Under the pieces are notes generated by a model that had not been told where the DNA came from, did not search any database, and worked only from the letters and a program-made list of their open reading frames with translations. 64,000 bases of DNA. Source: an uncultured delta proteobacterium. Its GTDB lineage: Bacteria; Desulfobacterota; Syntrophia; Syntrophales; UBA5619. Both the position numbers and the translations under genes were made by a program. Shown here piece after piece: positions 20,484-30,517 of the stretch. The stretch spans positions 32,001-96,000 of the forward strand of contig CAWFOM010000008.1 of NCBI GenBank assembly GCA_963817385.1, read 5' to 3'. Positions within the stretch are counted from its first letter, which is position 1; each line of letters begins with the position of its first letter.

Positions 20484-20689
20484 TCTATTGTTGGTAGCAC
20501 CTGATTCATCCATTGCCTTACATAGCGTTACGTAAGTAAATCATGTATATCCCCCCTCACGCATCGGGGAATTTGAAGGAGAGAAAGAAGAGAATTTTGA
20601 TCAAGATCATCGGGGAATGATTTTAGTGATGCACGATAATAAATCCTGTCTTTCTCCTGCGGAGAATCCCTGCTACTGAATCATTCCTG

Positions 20690-20881
20690 TCAAGACGATG
20701 AAGATGCAGAGGGTTCCATTTGATTCGCTGGCAAGACTCCCCGTTGAGGGATTTTCAGATGAACATTTATTTGTTCCGGGTTTTGATATGGCTTTGGCGT
20801 CTCCTTCTTGCTGATGCTACAGAGGCAGAGGATGAAGAAAACTATTATTGAGCAACTTGTAAACAGGATTCCCATTAACAT
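20690..20881 (-). CDS. Small (63 aa) single-TM hypothetical protein
   Basis: AAAGGGGA Shine-Dalgarno; hydrophobic MLMGILFTSCSIIVFFILCLC followed by KK; sigma54 promoter just upstream. Confidence 0.55.
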   Translation of the reverse strand: MLMGILFTSCSIIVFFILCLCSISKKETPKPYQNPEQINVHLKIPQRGVLPANQMEPSASSSS

Positions 20882-20928
20882 ACAGTTAATTTCCCCTTTC
20901 ATTCATTAAATAGAGACAATATGTAAGC

Positions 20929-20945
20929 AGCATATGACGTGCCAA
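20929..20945 (-). promoter_or_regulatory. Sigma54 (-24/-12) promoter
   Basis: Minus strand TTGGCACG-TCAT-ATGCT with GG-N10-GC spacing; AT-rich tract upstream. Confidence 0.7.
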
Positions 20946-21152
20946 GTTTTCATGAGATATCTAATGCATTAATGTTAGTATGTTTATTTATAATTGCTGA
21001 AATTCCCCAGTTATTTTCATTTATTTTTTGAATGGATTTCGCTTCAGGTCAGGAAAAAATGTGCATGTTATTCCCTTCATTATTACTCATGCGCTACAAA
21101 ATCGTTCAGATGTGGTAATTGATTAACGTGCTTCCCTTGGTCGGATAAAGGG

Positions 21153-21299
21153 TGCGGTGAATGCGGCAAAGAGATAAGCACGAGCGCACGGAGATGTCCT
21201 AACTGTGGGAAATATCAATGGACTGGCGGGCGATTGGGATGCGCTATTATCGTTTTAATCTTTTTCGGGATCTTTATGTTCGGATATTGTTCACGATAA
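21153..21299 (+). pseudogene. Zinc-ribbon + TM protein remnant (no start codon)
   Basis: CGECGKEISTSARRCPNCGKYQWTGGRLGCAIIVLIFFGIFMFGYCSR*; in-frame TGA at 21120 with no start codon between. Confidence 0.6.
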
Positions 21300-21377
21300 A
21301 GGCCAGGTGGTTGGGGGCGATTATCCTGCGTTAAAAAACGGGACTGGGGCGGGATAGAACGCCCCCCTGTAAATGAG

Positions 21378-21409
21378 CAGGGGGTTAAGCATTGACGCCT
21401 AACCCCCTG
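21378..21409 (-). terminator. Hairpin directly downstream of tRNA-Lys
   Basis: CAGGGGGTTA...TAACCCCCTG inverted repeat. Confidence 0.55.
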
Positions 21410-21417
21410 ATTTTACT

Positions 21418-21493
21418 TGGTGAGCCCTGTCGGGATCGAACCGACAACCTACTGATTAAGAGTCAGTTGCTCTACCAGCTGAGCTAAGGGCCC
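21418..21493 (-). tRNA. tRNA-Lys(CTT)
   Basis: GGGCCCTTAGCTCAG...CTGACT-CTT-AATCAG...GTTCGATCC...CTCACCA. Confidence 0.97.
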
Positions 21494-21527
21494 ACATGCG
21501 GTCGTTTTGTTATCTGCACCCAAAATA

Positions 21528-21604
21528 TGGCGCGCCCGGTAGGATTCGAACCTACGACCAACAGATTCGAAGTCTGCGACTCTATCCAGCTGAGCTACGG
21601 GCGC
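21528..21604 (-). tRNA. tRNA-Arg(TCG)
   Basis: GCGCCCGTAGCTCAG...GCAGACT-TCG-AATCTGT...GTTCGAATCC...GCGCCA. Confidence 0.96.
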
Positions 21605-21638
21605 TTCATCCTTTTCCTTCACTGGCTTGATGCAATGT

Positions 21639-21716
21639 TGGGGTGAGTGAAGGGACTTGAACCCTCAGCCTCCGGGGCCACAACCCGGCACTCTAACCAT
21701 TTGAGCTACACCCACC
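21639..21716 (-). tRNA. tRNA-His(GTG), with G-1
   Basis: GGTGGGTGTAGCTCAA...CCGGGTT-GTG-GCCCCGG...GTTCAAGTCC...CACCCCA. Confidence 0.96.
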
Positions 21717-21725
21717 ATCCATGCC

Positions 21726-21802
<77 letters not shown>

Positions 21803-21849
21803 TTATCCTCGTGACGCGCTGTGTTCAGTTTCTCTGTAAAAGAAGGCGG

Positions 21850-21878
21850 TTTATATCCCCTTTGCCTTTGTTTGTCAA
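21850..21878 (-). promoter_or_regulatory. Sigma70 promoter of the tRNA operon
   Basis: TTGACA-17 nt-TATAAA followed by GC-rich discriminator. Confidence 0.7.
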
Positions 21879-21910
21879 GTTCTGAATGCATGACGTATTT
21901 CAACGGCCGA

Positions 21911-23608
21911 TTAGCGGACAAAACCCGAGATTCCATCAAAACGGTACCCTTTTTTCCCCATCCCCTCCCCGGCCTGATTCGTCGTGTAGAAATGGCATCC
22001 CGTAGCGGGATTGTGCCAGCGATACAAATCCCTTGTCCCTGTCAGGCGGGAAGTAGCGATATTGCCGATTGACCCTTCGAAGAGATATCCCTGGAGAGGC
22101 TTCCCTCCTCCGGCAGGATCCGAGGAGTAGAAGTGATCCCCTTTGACCGGGTTAAACCAGCGGAAAAAATCGGTTGTTCCGGGCGTCCCGGGGCTGAAAA
22201 GCCTGAAGGCTATCCCGAGGCTGCGATATCCTTTCACCTGCAGGCGGGACAACTCCGCCTGGGGATTCGTCGTATAAAGGTAGTCGGATCCGACAACATA
22301 GCGGTAGACGTCGAGGAGATGGGACTGCGTCTCCGCCGCCACTTGTAAGAACACCTCCACACCGGCATCGCCGCCGTTCGAGGTGAAGAAGACATACTCG
22401 CCGTAAAGGCCGGGCATAAGCTGGTTTGTATTGAGTGAGATATTGACATAATCGGTCTCCCGGGTAGTCATGCCGCTGTCCGGAGAGACGCTTATCCAGC
22501 CTCGGGGCCCTTTCAAGACCGGTTTCCCGAAGATCCGAACCCCCTCCAGGACCACCCGCCCTCCCTCGCTGAGAACGGTAAGGAGATGGGGCATATCCGG
22601 CTGGTCTTCGGCAATGAGAATCTCCGCCCGCTCCCGACGCTCCGCAAAACCTTCGATGAGGGTCACGAACTGTTCATCGAGGAAGACACTGAGAGGCGCG
22701 CCCTCGGGAGCCTTCCGGATCAAGAGGCTTACCCCCGTTCCCGTGAAACGGTATCGAAGGGCGCTCAGATCTGCCTGAGTGGCCGGATAGCCCCCCTCTT
22801 CTGCCCATGGTCCGGAGAGCTCCAGTCCCTCCCGGATCAGTGTCGCTTCGGGATAACTGCCAGTGCCTCGGGCACCTTCATTCAAAAAGGAGACATACTT
22901 GCCCAGAGGTTTCAATGCCGTTACCGGCATCCCTTTCGCCCCGGGCAGACCGGCCCGCCACTTCAGGGTCTCCTTCCCCCTGTTTGTCACATGGACCCGC
23001 CGTGAGATCTGTTCACCAGGATGGACCACCCCTAAATCCATCCGGATTGGATCTACATCCAGCAGAGCCGCGGACGCCAACTCGGAGAGGCGGACCTGGA
23101 AGAAGATCGTCCTTACCCCCGACGGGAAGGAAAACCGGACTGATTCCCGAAATACACCGACAGCCGTCTCCCGACGGAAGGCGGCGTATTGGCCGCCTCC
23201 TTCGAGACGAAGCAGCAATGAACAGTTCTGTATCTTTCCCGGACCTCGTTCATTCAGAAAAGTGAGGCTGACCTTTACTGGCTCCGGATTCTCACCAACC
23301 GTTCCGGTGAGTTTCCTCTGTTCCGTCTGTGTCCACCCCTCCGGCCCCTCTGTGGACCAGTTCACGCTCCCCGCACCCACATTTCTGAGATAAAAGACCC
23401 CTCTCGCCTCTTCACCCGGACCAATCGAGCCGAGGTCTATCTCCCGGGGTGTAACCGTCAATACCGGTTGAAGGACTCCGTTGCCCCGCCCCTGATAAAT
23501 TCCCGCACCACCTTGCCCGTTCGTCTCTGCCCGGAGGGCGGTTACGCCGAAAAGGCAGTGCAACAAAATTGCCATAAATACCGTTTTTATCAGAAATCGT
23601 CTCACCAT
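21911..23608 (-). CDS. Secreted multidomain protein (BACON/Ig-like domains, CBM-like insert, C-terminal DUF5648-like repeats)
   Basis: Signal peptide; WISVSPDSG...FTSNGG BACON-like motif; LYRWHNPATGCHFYTT..GYRFDGI-type repeats. Confidence 0.65.
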   Translation of the reverse strand: MVRRFLIKTVFMAILLHCLFGVTALRAETNGQGGAGIYQGRGNGVLQPVLTVTPREIDLGSIGPGEEARGVFYLRNVGAGSVNWSTEGPEGWTQTEQRKLTGTVGENPEPVKVSLTFLNERGPGKIQNCSLLLRLEGGGQYAAFRRETAVGVFRESVRFSFPSGVRTIFFQVRLSELASAALLDVDPIRMDLGVVHPGEQISRRVHVTNRGKETLKWRAGLPGAKGMPVTALKPLGKYVSFLNEGARGTGSYPEATLIREGLELSGPWAEEGGYPATQADLSALRYRFTGTGVSLLIRKAPEGAPLSVFLDEQFVTLIEGFAERRERAEILIAEDQPDMPHLLTVLSEGGRVVLEGVRIFGKPVLKGPRGWISVSPDSGMTTRETDYVNISLNTNQLMPGLYGEYVFFTSNGGDAGVEVFLQVAAETQSHLLDVYRYVVGSDYLYTTNPQAELSRLQVKGYRSLGIAFRLFSPGTPGTTDFFRWFNPVKGDHFYSSDPAGGGKPLQGYLFEGSIGNIATSRLTGTRDLYRWHNPATGCHFYTTNQAGEGMGKKGYRFDGISGFVR

Positions 23609-23786
23609 AAGCACTCCGATTGCTCCATGAGCGGGTTTCTAACTCAAAGCCGCAAAGAACGCAACGGTTTTCCACGGTGAAAAGACTTGACACCCCTCGG
23701 ATATCCGATATATCGTGCCACCTCTTTTTAATGATATTCATGCAAAATTAGTTATAGTATCACACGAGTAAAGGACCCGGACACAA

Positions 23787-24971
23787 ATGACGGATGAAGA
23801 AGCGCTGAAATACTGGATTGCCCTCAAGGCCGTTGAAGACGTGGGCTGTGTTGGTTTCAAAGCCCTCCTCACGGCTTTTCCGTCACCACGGGCAGTTTTT
23901 TCCGCGACTGCACGGACTCTCCAGGCCGTCCCGGGGATCGGCCCGAAAACGGCCGATCACATCTGTTCCTTCTCGGACTGGGCAATGGCGGAAAAGGAGG
24001 TCTCTCAAGCTGCCAAACTCCGTGTCGCCATCGTAACCTGTGAGGATCCTCGGTATCCGCAAAATCTTCTCAACATCTACGACTATCCTCCCTTTCTCTA
24101 CGTCAAAGGATCCCTCTCTCCGGCGGAAGTCAGCATCGCGATCGTCGGATCGCGGATCGCCTCCACTTACGGCCGTTACGTCACTGAGAAGCTCAGTCGC
24201 GAGCTCGCCCTCACGGGGATCACCGTGATCAGCGGTCTCGCCCGGGGCATCGACGCCGCAGCCCACCGAGGGGCGCTTGCCGGTAAGGGGCGGACCATAG
24301 CGGTCCTCGGATGCGGACTCGACGTCGTCTATCCGCCCGAAAACCGGGAACTCGCCGAAGCGGTCGCGGCCAGCGGCGCCCTGGTCACCGAATTCCCGTT
24401 TCAAACTCCCCCCAATGCCCCCAACTTCCCCTCGCGAAACCGGATCATCAGCGGGATTTCACTCGGGGTAGTCGTCGTCGAAGCCGGGGAAAAGAGCGGG
24501 TCGCTGATCACCGCGCGGATCGCCGCCGAACAGGGACGCTCCGTCTTCGCAGTCCCGGGTGCCATCGAGGCAGCCGGATCGCGGGGAACCAACCGCCTGA
24601 TCAAACAGGGAGCAAAGCTGATCGAAAACGTCGAGGACATCCTCGAGGAGATCCTTCCCCAGGCCGGCCTGGCCCCGGCAATGCCCTCGACGCCGACGCC
24701 CCCCCCATCCACGGGGACGAGGCATACCCGGCAGGATAATGCCAAGAACAGCGCCGCTCCATCGTCCCCGGATCACCCCGGAGGGCTCACCGGTGCGGGG
24801 GGCGCCCTGCTTCCGCTGATCACGCAAAAGCCGGTCGCCGTCGACGAACTGATCGCCGCATCCGGCCTGACCGCGCAGGAGGTGCTGAACGGCTTGCTCG
24901 TCCTTGAACTCCAAGGTCTCATCCGGCAGTTGCCGGGTAAAATGTTCCAGTTGAAGGAGTCAGAAACTTGA
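23787..24971 (+). CDS. dprA: DNA-processing protein DprA
   Basis: AIVGSR, SGLARGID, FPSRNRIISG, VVEAGEKSGSLITA, GTNRLIKQGA, C-terminal winged helix. Confidence 0.96.
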   Translation: MTDEEALKYWIALKAVEDVGCVGFKALLTAFPSPRAVFSATARTLQAVPGIGPKTADHICSFSDWAMAEKEVSQAAKLRVAIVTCEDPRYPQNLLNIYDYPPFLYVKGSLSPAEVSIAIVGSRIASTYGRYVTEKLSRELALTGITVISGLARGIDAAAHRGALAGKGRTIAVLGCGLDVVYPPENRELAEAVAASGALVTEFPFQTPPNAPNFPSRNRIISGISLGVVVVEAGEKSGSLITARIAAEQGRSVFAVPGAIEAAGSRGTNRLIKQGAKLIENVEDILEEILPQAGLAPAMPSTPTPPPSTGTRHTRQDNAKNSAAPSSPDHPGGLTGAGGALLPLITQKPVAVDELIAASGLTAQEVLNGLLVLELQGLIRQLPGKMFQLKESET

Positions 24972-27292
24972 ATTCACTAATTATCGTTGAATCACCCACC
25001 AAGGTAAAGACCATCCGCAAATACTTGGGCGATGAGTATGATGTCCGCGCCTCCGTCGGTCATGTCAAGGACCTTCCGAAAAACAATCTGGGAATCGACA
25101 CCGAAAAAGGTTTCGAACCCACCTATCAGGTCATGGAGAGCAAGAAAAAGGTGATCGCCGAGCTCAAGAAGGCGGCCGCCAAGGCGCAGCAGATCCTTCT
25201 CGCCCCCGACCCGGACCGGGAGGGGGAGGCCATCGCCTGGCACATCGCCGAGGAGATCGGCGGCAAGGGAAGAACGATCCGGAGGGTCCTCTTCAATGAC
25301 CTCACCCGGGAGACCATACTCGACGCGATCGCGCATCCCCGCGATCTCGACTTCAACCGGTACGAGGCACAGCAGACCCGGCGGATCCTCGACCGGCTCG
25401 TCGGCTACCAGATCAGCCCCATCCTCTGGGAAAAGGTGAAACGGGGACTTTCCGCCGGTCGGGTCCAGTCCGTCGCCCTCCGGATTATCTGCGACCGGGA
25501 GGCGGAGATCCGCGCATTCCTCCCCGAGGAATACTGGAACCTTACCGCCCTGCTCGAAGGATCGAATCCGCCCCCTCTCGAAGCAAAACTGGCTAAGATC
25601 GATGGGAAGAAAGCGAAAATCGGCAACGGCGAGCGCTCCGCCGAGGTCGTGGCCTCGCTAAAGGATGCCCCGTTCATCGTCTCCGCGGTCGATAAGAAAG
25701 AGGTCAAGCGCCAGCCGCCCGCCCCTTTCACGACAAGCAAACTTCAGCAGGAGGCCTCCCGCTGGCTCCGTTTTTCGGCAAAAAAAACCATGTCGACCGC
25801 TCAACGGCTTTATGAAGGGATAGAACTCGGTCCCGAGGGTCCTGTCGGCCTCATCACCTATATGAGGACCGACTCCGTCCGTATCGCCGCCGAGGCGATT
25901 AACGAGGCTCGGGAGTACATCGGGAATAACTATGATCCGGCGTTCCTCCCCCCCAAAGCGAGGATCTTCAAAGTCTCCGGGGGGGCTCAGGACGCACACG
26001 AGGCGATACGGCCGTCATCACTGGCCCATCCGCCTCAGACGATCAAGCAATTTCTTACTCCCGACCAGTTCCGTCTCTACCAGCTCATCTGGAACCGGTT
26101 CCTGGCCTGTCAGATGAACCCCGCCCTCCTGGATCAGACCACCGTTGAGATCGCCGCCGCCAACTGTCTCTTCCGCGCCCAGGGATCGGTCATGAAGTTT
26201 CCCGGATTCACCGTAGTCTACACGGAGGGCAAGGAGGACAACGGCGAGGAGAACGGCTTCGGCAAACTCCTGCCCGATGTCCGGCAAGGGGAGGTCCTGA
26301 AACTGATCTCGCTCACGCCGGAACAGAAGTTCACCCAGCCGCCGCCCCGCTTCACCGAGGCTTCGCTTGTCCGCGAGCTGGAGGAGAACGGCATCGGCCG
26401 CCCCAGCACCTACGCCGCGATCAGCAGCACTATCCAGGAGCGGGAATACGTCCAGTTGGAAAAGGGAAAGTTCATCCCCACCGACCTCGGCATCCTGGTG
26501 ACCGACCTCCTCGTCAAGAACTTTCCCCGCATCCTCGACGTGGCCTTCACCGCGTCCATGGAGACGGAGCTGGACCGGATTGAGGAAGGCAAGACGAAAC
26601 GACTCGACACCCTGAACAACTTCTACCGCCCCTTTATCGAAGAGCTGAGAAAGGCGAAGGCGAACATGCGCGACATCAAGCGGGAGGAGACCCCGACTGA
26701 CCTCGTCTGCGACAAGTGCGAAAAACCGATGGTCATCAAATGGGGGAAGAACGGCCGCTTCCTGGCCTGCACGAACTATCCTGCCTGTAAGAACACCAAG
26801 AACTTCCGACAGGATGAAAAAGGAGAGATCCAGCCGGAGGAGAAGACAACGGACATCCCGTGCCCCCTCTGCGGCAAGCCGATGCTCGCCCGACAGGGAC
26901 GTTTCGGTAAATTCCTCGGCTGTTCCGGTTATCCCGAGTGCAAGCATACGATAAACCTTGCCCCGGATGGGACGCCGGTAGTCTCCCCCGCAGAGGGGAA
27001 AGCACCCGACATCGTCTGTGACAAGTGCGGAAAGCAGATGGTCTTGAAACGAGGCCGTTTCGGCGCTTTTCTCGGCTGCTCCGGTTATCCCGAGTGCAAG
27101 AACATCGTCAAGGCCGGACCGTCGGGTCAACCGCTCGGAGCCGCTACGCCATCGGAGATCTCCGATGTCCTCTGCGACAAGTGCGGAAAGCCGACCGCCG
27201 TGAAGCAGGGCCGCTATGGAAAATTTCTCGGCTGCACGGGCTACCCGGAATGCAAGAACATCATGAAGTACCGGACCCCGGAAACGAAATGA
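24968..27292 (+). CDS. topA: DNA topoisomerase I with four C4 zinc ribbons
   Basis: [39 protein letters not shown]. Confidence 0.97.
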   Translation: MNSLIIVESPTKVKTIRKYLGDEYDVRASVGHVKDLPKNNLGIDTEKGFEPTYQVMESKKKVIAELKKAAAKAQQILLAPDPDREGEAIAWHIAEEIGGKGRTIRRVLFNDLTRETILDAIAHPRDLDFNRYEAQQTRRILDRLVGYQISPILWEKVKRGLSAGRVQSVALRIICDREAEIRAFLPEEYWNLTALLEGSNPPPLEAKLAKIDGKKAKIGNGERSAEVVASLKDAPFIVSAVDKKEVKRQPPAPFTTSKLQQEASRWLRFSAKKTMSTAQRLYEGIELGPEGPVGLITYMRTDSVRIAAEAINEAREYIGNNYDPAFLPPKARIFKVSGGAQDAHEAIRPSSLAHPPQTIKQFLTPDQFRLYQLIWNRFLACQMNPALLDQTTVEIAAANCLFRAQGSVMKFPGFTVVYTEGKEDNGEENGFGKLLPDVRQGEVLKLISLTPEQKFTQPPPRFTEASLVRELEENGIGRPSTYAAISSTIQEREYVQLEKGKFIPTDLGILVTDLLVKNFPRILDVAFTASMETELDRIEEGKTKRLDTLNNFYRPFIEELRKAKANMRDIKREETPTDLVCDKCEKPMVIKWGKNGRFLACTNYPACKNTKNFRQDEKGEIQPEEKTTDIPCPLCGKPMLARQGRFGKFLGCSGYPECKHTINLAPDGTPVVSPAEGKAPDIVCDKCGKQMVLKRGRFGAFLGCSGYPECKNIVKAGPSGQPLGAATPSEISDVLCDKCGKPTAVKQGRYGKFLGCTGYPECKNIMKYRTPETK

Positions 27293-28665
27293 CGGGTCCG
27301 TCCCCCGACTTGAGCTTCTTCTCGACTGAACCCATTACCGTTATCGGCGGAGGGCTTGCTGGCTGCGAAGCTGCGTGGCAACTCCTCAGGCGAGGCCACC
27401 GGGTCCGGCTCTGCGAGATGAAACCCGAGCGCTTTTCTCCCGCTCATAAATCTCCTCACCTCGCCGAGCTCGTCTGCAGCAACTCGCTTAGGTCGTCCGC
27501 CCGGGAAAACGCCGTCGGCCTCCTGAAAGAGGAGATGCGGCAACTGGACTCGCTGATCATGGCCGCAGCGGACAGGACGGCCGTACCGGCCGGTAAGGCG
27601 CTTGCCGTCGATCGCCATGCCTTCTCGCGCCTCATCGAGGAGCGGCTCGCCGCCCAGCCCGGGCTGGAGATGATCCGCGGGGAGGTCACTAACATTCCAG
27701 CGTCCGGGGTGGTGATCATTGCCACCGGCCCCCTCACCTCCGACGCCCTCGCAGGCAGGATCGCCGCTTTGACCGGCGGCGATTATCTCTATTTCTATGA
27801 TGCAATCTCCCCGATCATCGAGGGCGAATCTATCGATCGGACCCGCGTCTTTGCGGCTTCCCGTTACGACCACGGGGAGGCGGATTACCTGAACTGTCCG
27901 ATGGACCGTGAAACCTATGAGCGATTCTGGATGGCGGTAAGCGAAGCCGAAGAGGTCCCCCTGCACACTTTCGAGGAGATCAGGTGCTTTGAAGGATGTC
28001 TCCCCATCGAGGTGATCGCCCGGCGAGGGATCGAGACACTCACCTACGGACCGATGAAGCCGGTGGGCCTCATCGATCCCCAGACGGGCCGCCAGCCGTA
28101 CGCCGTCGTGCAGCTCCGCCGCGAGGATAAGGAGGGCATCCTTTACAATATCGTGGGATTTCAGACGAAACTGACCCGGCCGGAGCAGAGGCGCATCTTC
28201 CGGATGATCCCGGGACTGGAAAACGCCGAGTTCTCTCGGTACGGGAGCGTCCACCGGAACACCTTCATCAACGCCCCGGCTCTGTTGGTCTCCACCCTCC
28301 AGCTGAGGTCGGATCCCCGGCTTTTTTTCGCCGGACAGATCGCCGGTGTGGAGGGGTATGTGGAATCGGCGGCGATGGGGCTCTTGACCGGGATCAACGC
28401 CTCCCGCCTCGTCACCGGCCGGGAGATCATCCCGCCACCACCGGAGACGGCTATAGGTGCACTGATCGGCCACATCGGGAACGCCGACAGCAAGACCTTC
28501 CAGCCGATGAACGTGACCTTCGGCCTCTTTCCTCCGCTGCAGAGTCGGATCTCCAAAAAACTACGGGGCGAGCACTATGCGCGTCGCGCCCTCGCCGCGC
28601 TCGCGTCATGGCAAATGCACATCGCTGAAAATAGCAGAGATGACGGCAGTTACCAACAGGAATGA
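27289..28665 (+). CDS. trmFO: Folate/FAD-dependent tRNA (m5U54) methyltransferase
   Basis: [43 protein letters not shown]. Confidence 0.96.
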   Translation: MTGPSPDLSFFSTEPITVIGGGLAGCEAAWQLLRRGHRVRLCEMKPERFSPAHKSPHLAELVCSNSLRSSARENAVGLLKEEMRQLDSLIMAAADRTAVPAGKALAVDRHAFSRLIEERLAAQPGLEMIRGEVTNIPASGVVIIATGPLTSDALAGRIAALTGGDYLYFYDAISPIIEGESIDRTRVFAASRYDHGEADYLNCPMDRETYERFWMAVSEAEEVPLHTFEEIRCFEGCLPIEVIARRGIETLTYGPMKPVGLIDPQTGRQPYAVVQLRREDKEGILYNIVGFQTKLTRPEQRRIFRMIPGLENAEFSRYGSVHRNTFINAPALLVSTLQLRSDPRLFFAGQIAGVEGYVESAAMGLLTGINASRLVTGREIIPPPPETAIGALIGHIGNADSKTFQPMNVTFGLFPPLQSRISKKLRGEHYARRALAALASWQMHIAENSRDDGSYQQE

Positions 28666-29069
28666 ACCAGACCAAGCAATCTTGCCTAAATGTCTTTCTT
28701 TCCCCACAATCTGATGTTTAAAATATATTTTCAAAATTATAAATCGAAATCAGCACACTCCACGATCTATGATTATCGGCACTATACCCCACATTTTGCA
28801 GTAAAAAGATATTACCGTTGGAACGATCAGCCTGCAGGATAACAAATAGTGTGAGGATGATTATCATGCAAGATACTGTTAATAGATTTTTTTGTAGCAG
28901 TGCATTCTATTTCCTCCATAAGCTAAAGTTTTTACCTCTTCAATCCGAATATAGGAGTAATAGATGTCAATAGCTATCAAAGGGAGCTAAAACATGTTTT
29001 ATCGAAATTTTGTGGGTTTCTCATGACCAACTTGATCATTTAAACTATATTATGCTTTGAGCGGTATTC

Positions 29070-29097
29070 TGGGTTCGATTCCCATGCACTTCCGCCA
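29070..29097 (+). other. Isolated 3' end of tRNA-Sec (att-site scar)
   Basis: TGGGTTCGATTCCCATGCACTTCCGCCA matches the T-arm and acceptor 3' strand (CTTCCGCCA) of selC; no 5' half or UCA anticodon upstream. Confidence 0.8.
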
Positions 29098-29215
29098 TTG
29101 TTCTTTCATTATCAGTGAGATGCCTTTCATCAAAGCAAACATATGGTAAGAACTCATTCTCTATTAGGAGAGATGAAATGATGAATTTTCCTTTTTATGG
29201 AATCAGGAGGAACTT

Positions 29216-30145
29216 ATGATGCTCCGTGAGATACAAAACATTCTTATGCAAGTAGATTTTGAGAATGGACAGCTTCATTATCAGCAGTATAATAATATAA
29301 CGAACATTAATAATTTCAAAGTTTTTGTAGATGTATTAAATGCGATTCCAATGTATCAGGATACTATACGTGCACTAAGGCAATCTGAAATCTATAGAAC
29401 TTCATCTAATACTCTTAATATTGAAAATGATAAGGAAAGAAAAGCCATATTTTCTACAGCTGCATATCTGTCAAATTCCGCTTACGAACTATTAAAAGTG
29501 TCAGACTGTCTATTAGACTCCCTAGGAGCTGAAGCAATATCTATTAGAAAGCCTGATGAAAAGGATTTTGGAAGACTTGTTTCAGACATTGGCAACATTT
29601 ATAAAGCGATCTCACAATTAATATTAAACGAAAAGATCAACGGAAAATTTATAATTAATTCATGGGGAACCGGATCTAAATGGATCAATTTAAATTTAGG
29701 TTCATTGCTTGCAGTTACTATTGTAGCACACGTAGTTAGGGCAGGTGTAGTTGTTTATAAAAAAGTCCAAGAAGGGAAGATATTTTGTGAATATGCCAGA
29801 GGTTTATCCTTAATATGCGAAGCACTAGATGATATTGCAAAAAAGCAATCCGAATTATTAAATCAACTTGTAAATGAAGAAGCTAAGAGAATACAAGAGG
29901 AATTTTATAATGACGATAAAGATAATGAGTATCTTGAAAGAATTAAGTATTCTATTAAAATGTTTTCTGAGTTGATAGAACGAGGTACAGAAATTTATCC
30001 AGCGCATGCCACACCAGAAGATGTCAAAAATCTATTCCCTGATTTTGCTAAACTTGAATTCATAACATCAAAGAAAACGCTTATGACAGTAATAAATGTT
30101 AATACTTTAGCGAACCAACAGATAGCACAGAACATCGTTTGGTAA
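29216..30145 (+). CDS. Hypothetical protein (309 aa, AT-rich, one hydrophobic segment then helical/coiled region)
   Basis: Long ORF in AT-rich DNA with AGGAGG Shine-Dalgarno. Confidence 0.75.
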   Translation: MMLREIQNILMQVDFENGQLHYQQYNNITNINNFKVFVDVLNAIPMYQDTIRALRQSEIYRTSSNTLNIENDKERKAIFSTAAYLSNSAYELLKVSDCLLDSLGAEAISIRKPDEKDFGRLVSDIGNIYKAISQLILNEKINGKFIINSWGTGSKWINLNLGSLLAVTIVAHVVRAGVVVYKKVQEGKIFCEYARGLSLICEALDDIAKKQSELLNQLVNEEAKRIQEEFYNDDKDNEYLERIKYSIKMFSELIERGTEIYPAHATPEDVKNLFPDFAKLEFITSKKTLMTVINVNTLANQQIAQNIVW

Positions 30146-30165
30146 GTGCGGCCGGAGTCGAACCC
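30140..30165 (-). other. Degenerate tRNA 3'-end fragment (possible att scar)
   Basis: Minus strand GG-GTTCGACT-CCGGC-CGCACTT-A-CCA has exact T-loop/T-stem/acceptor/discriminator/CCA spacing. Confidence 0.5.
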
Positions 30166-30299
30166 GAAATATATTTGATATCTTACCATCATTAGCAGGG
30201 TAATCAATTCGAGCACAAGGGCTTGAAAAAGGTTAGCTATAAGTTGGCAGGCAAAAAAAGAGGGGCTAACCAATACTCGTTAACCCCCCCTGATTTAAC

Positions 30300-30376
<77 letters not shown>

Positions 30377-30517
30377 TCATCGCTCACTGCTTAAGTTTCT
30401 AATCCAGGTGATGAAAATTGTCAAGTTGTATTTCCTATTTTGTGTTTCCTATTTTCTCCCGATCACACCATACACATCAGGAGACCTCTCAAAGCCCGCG
30501 GATCACCAGAGTGTCCA

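Larger units (their letters stand above)
28666..30299. mobile_element. AT-rich relic genomic islet at the 3' end of tRNA-fMet
   Basis: Abrupt drop in GC after the trmFO stop, tRNA 3'-end fragments, orphan ORF; no integrase. Confidence 0.65.

Noticed and set aside
20597..20610. TTGAT-CAAG-ATCAT FNR/Crp-like box
   Set aside because: One mismatch, lies between convergent gene ends, no associated promoter
26700..27260. Repeated CTCGGCTG..CCGGTTATCCCGAGTGCAAG units
   Set aside because: Coding repeats of the four TopA zinc ribbons, not a CRISPR or mobile repeat
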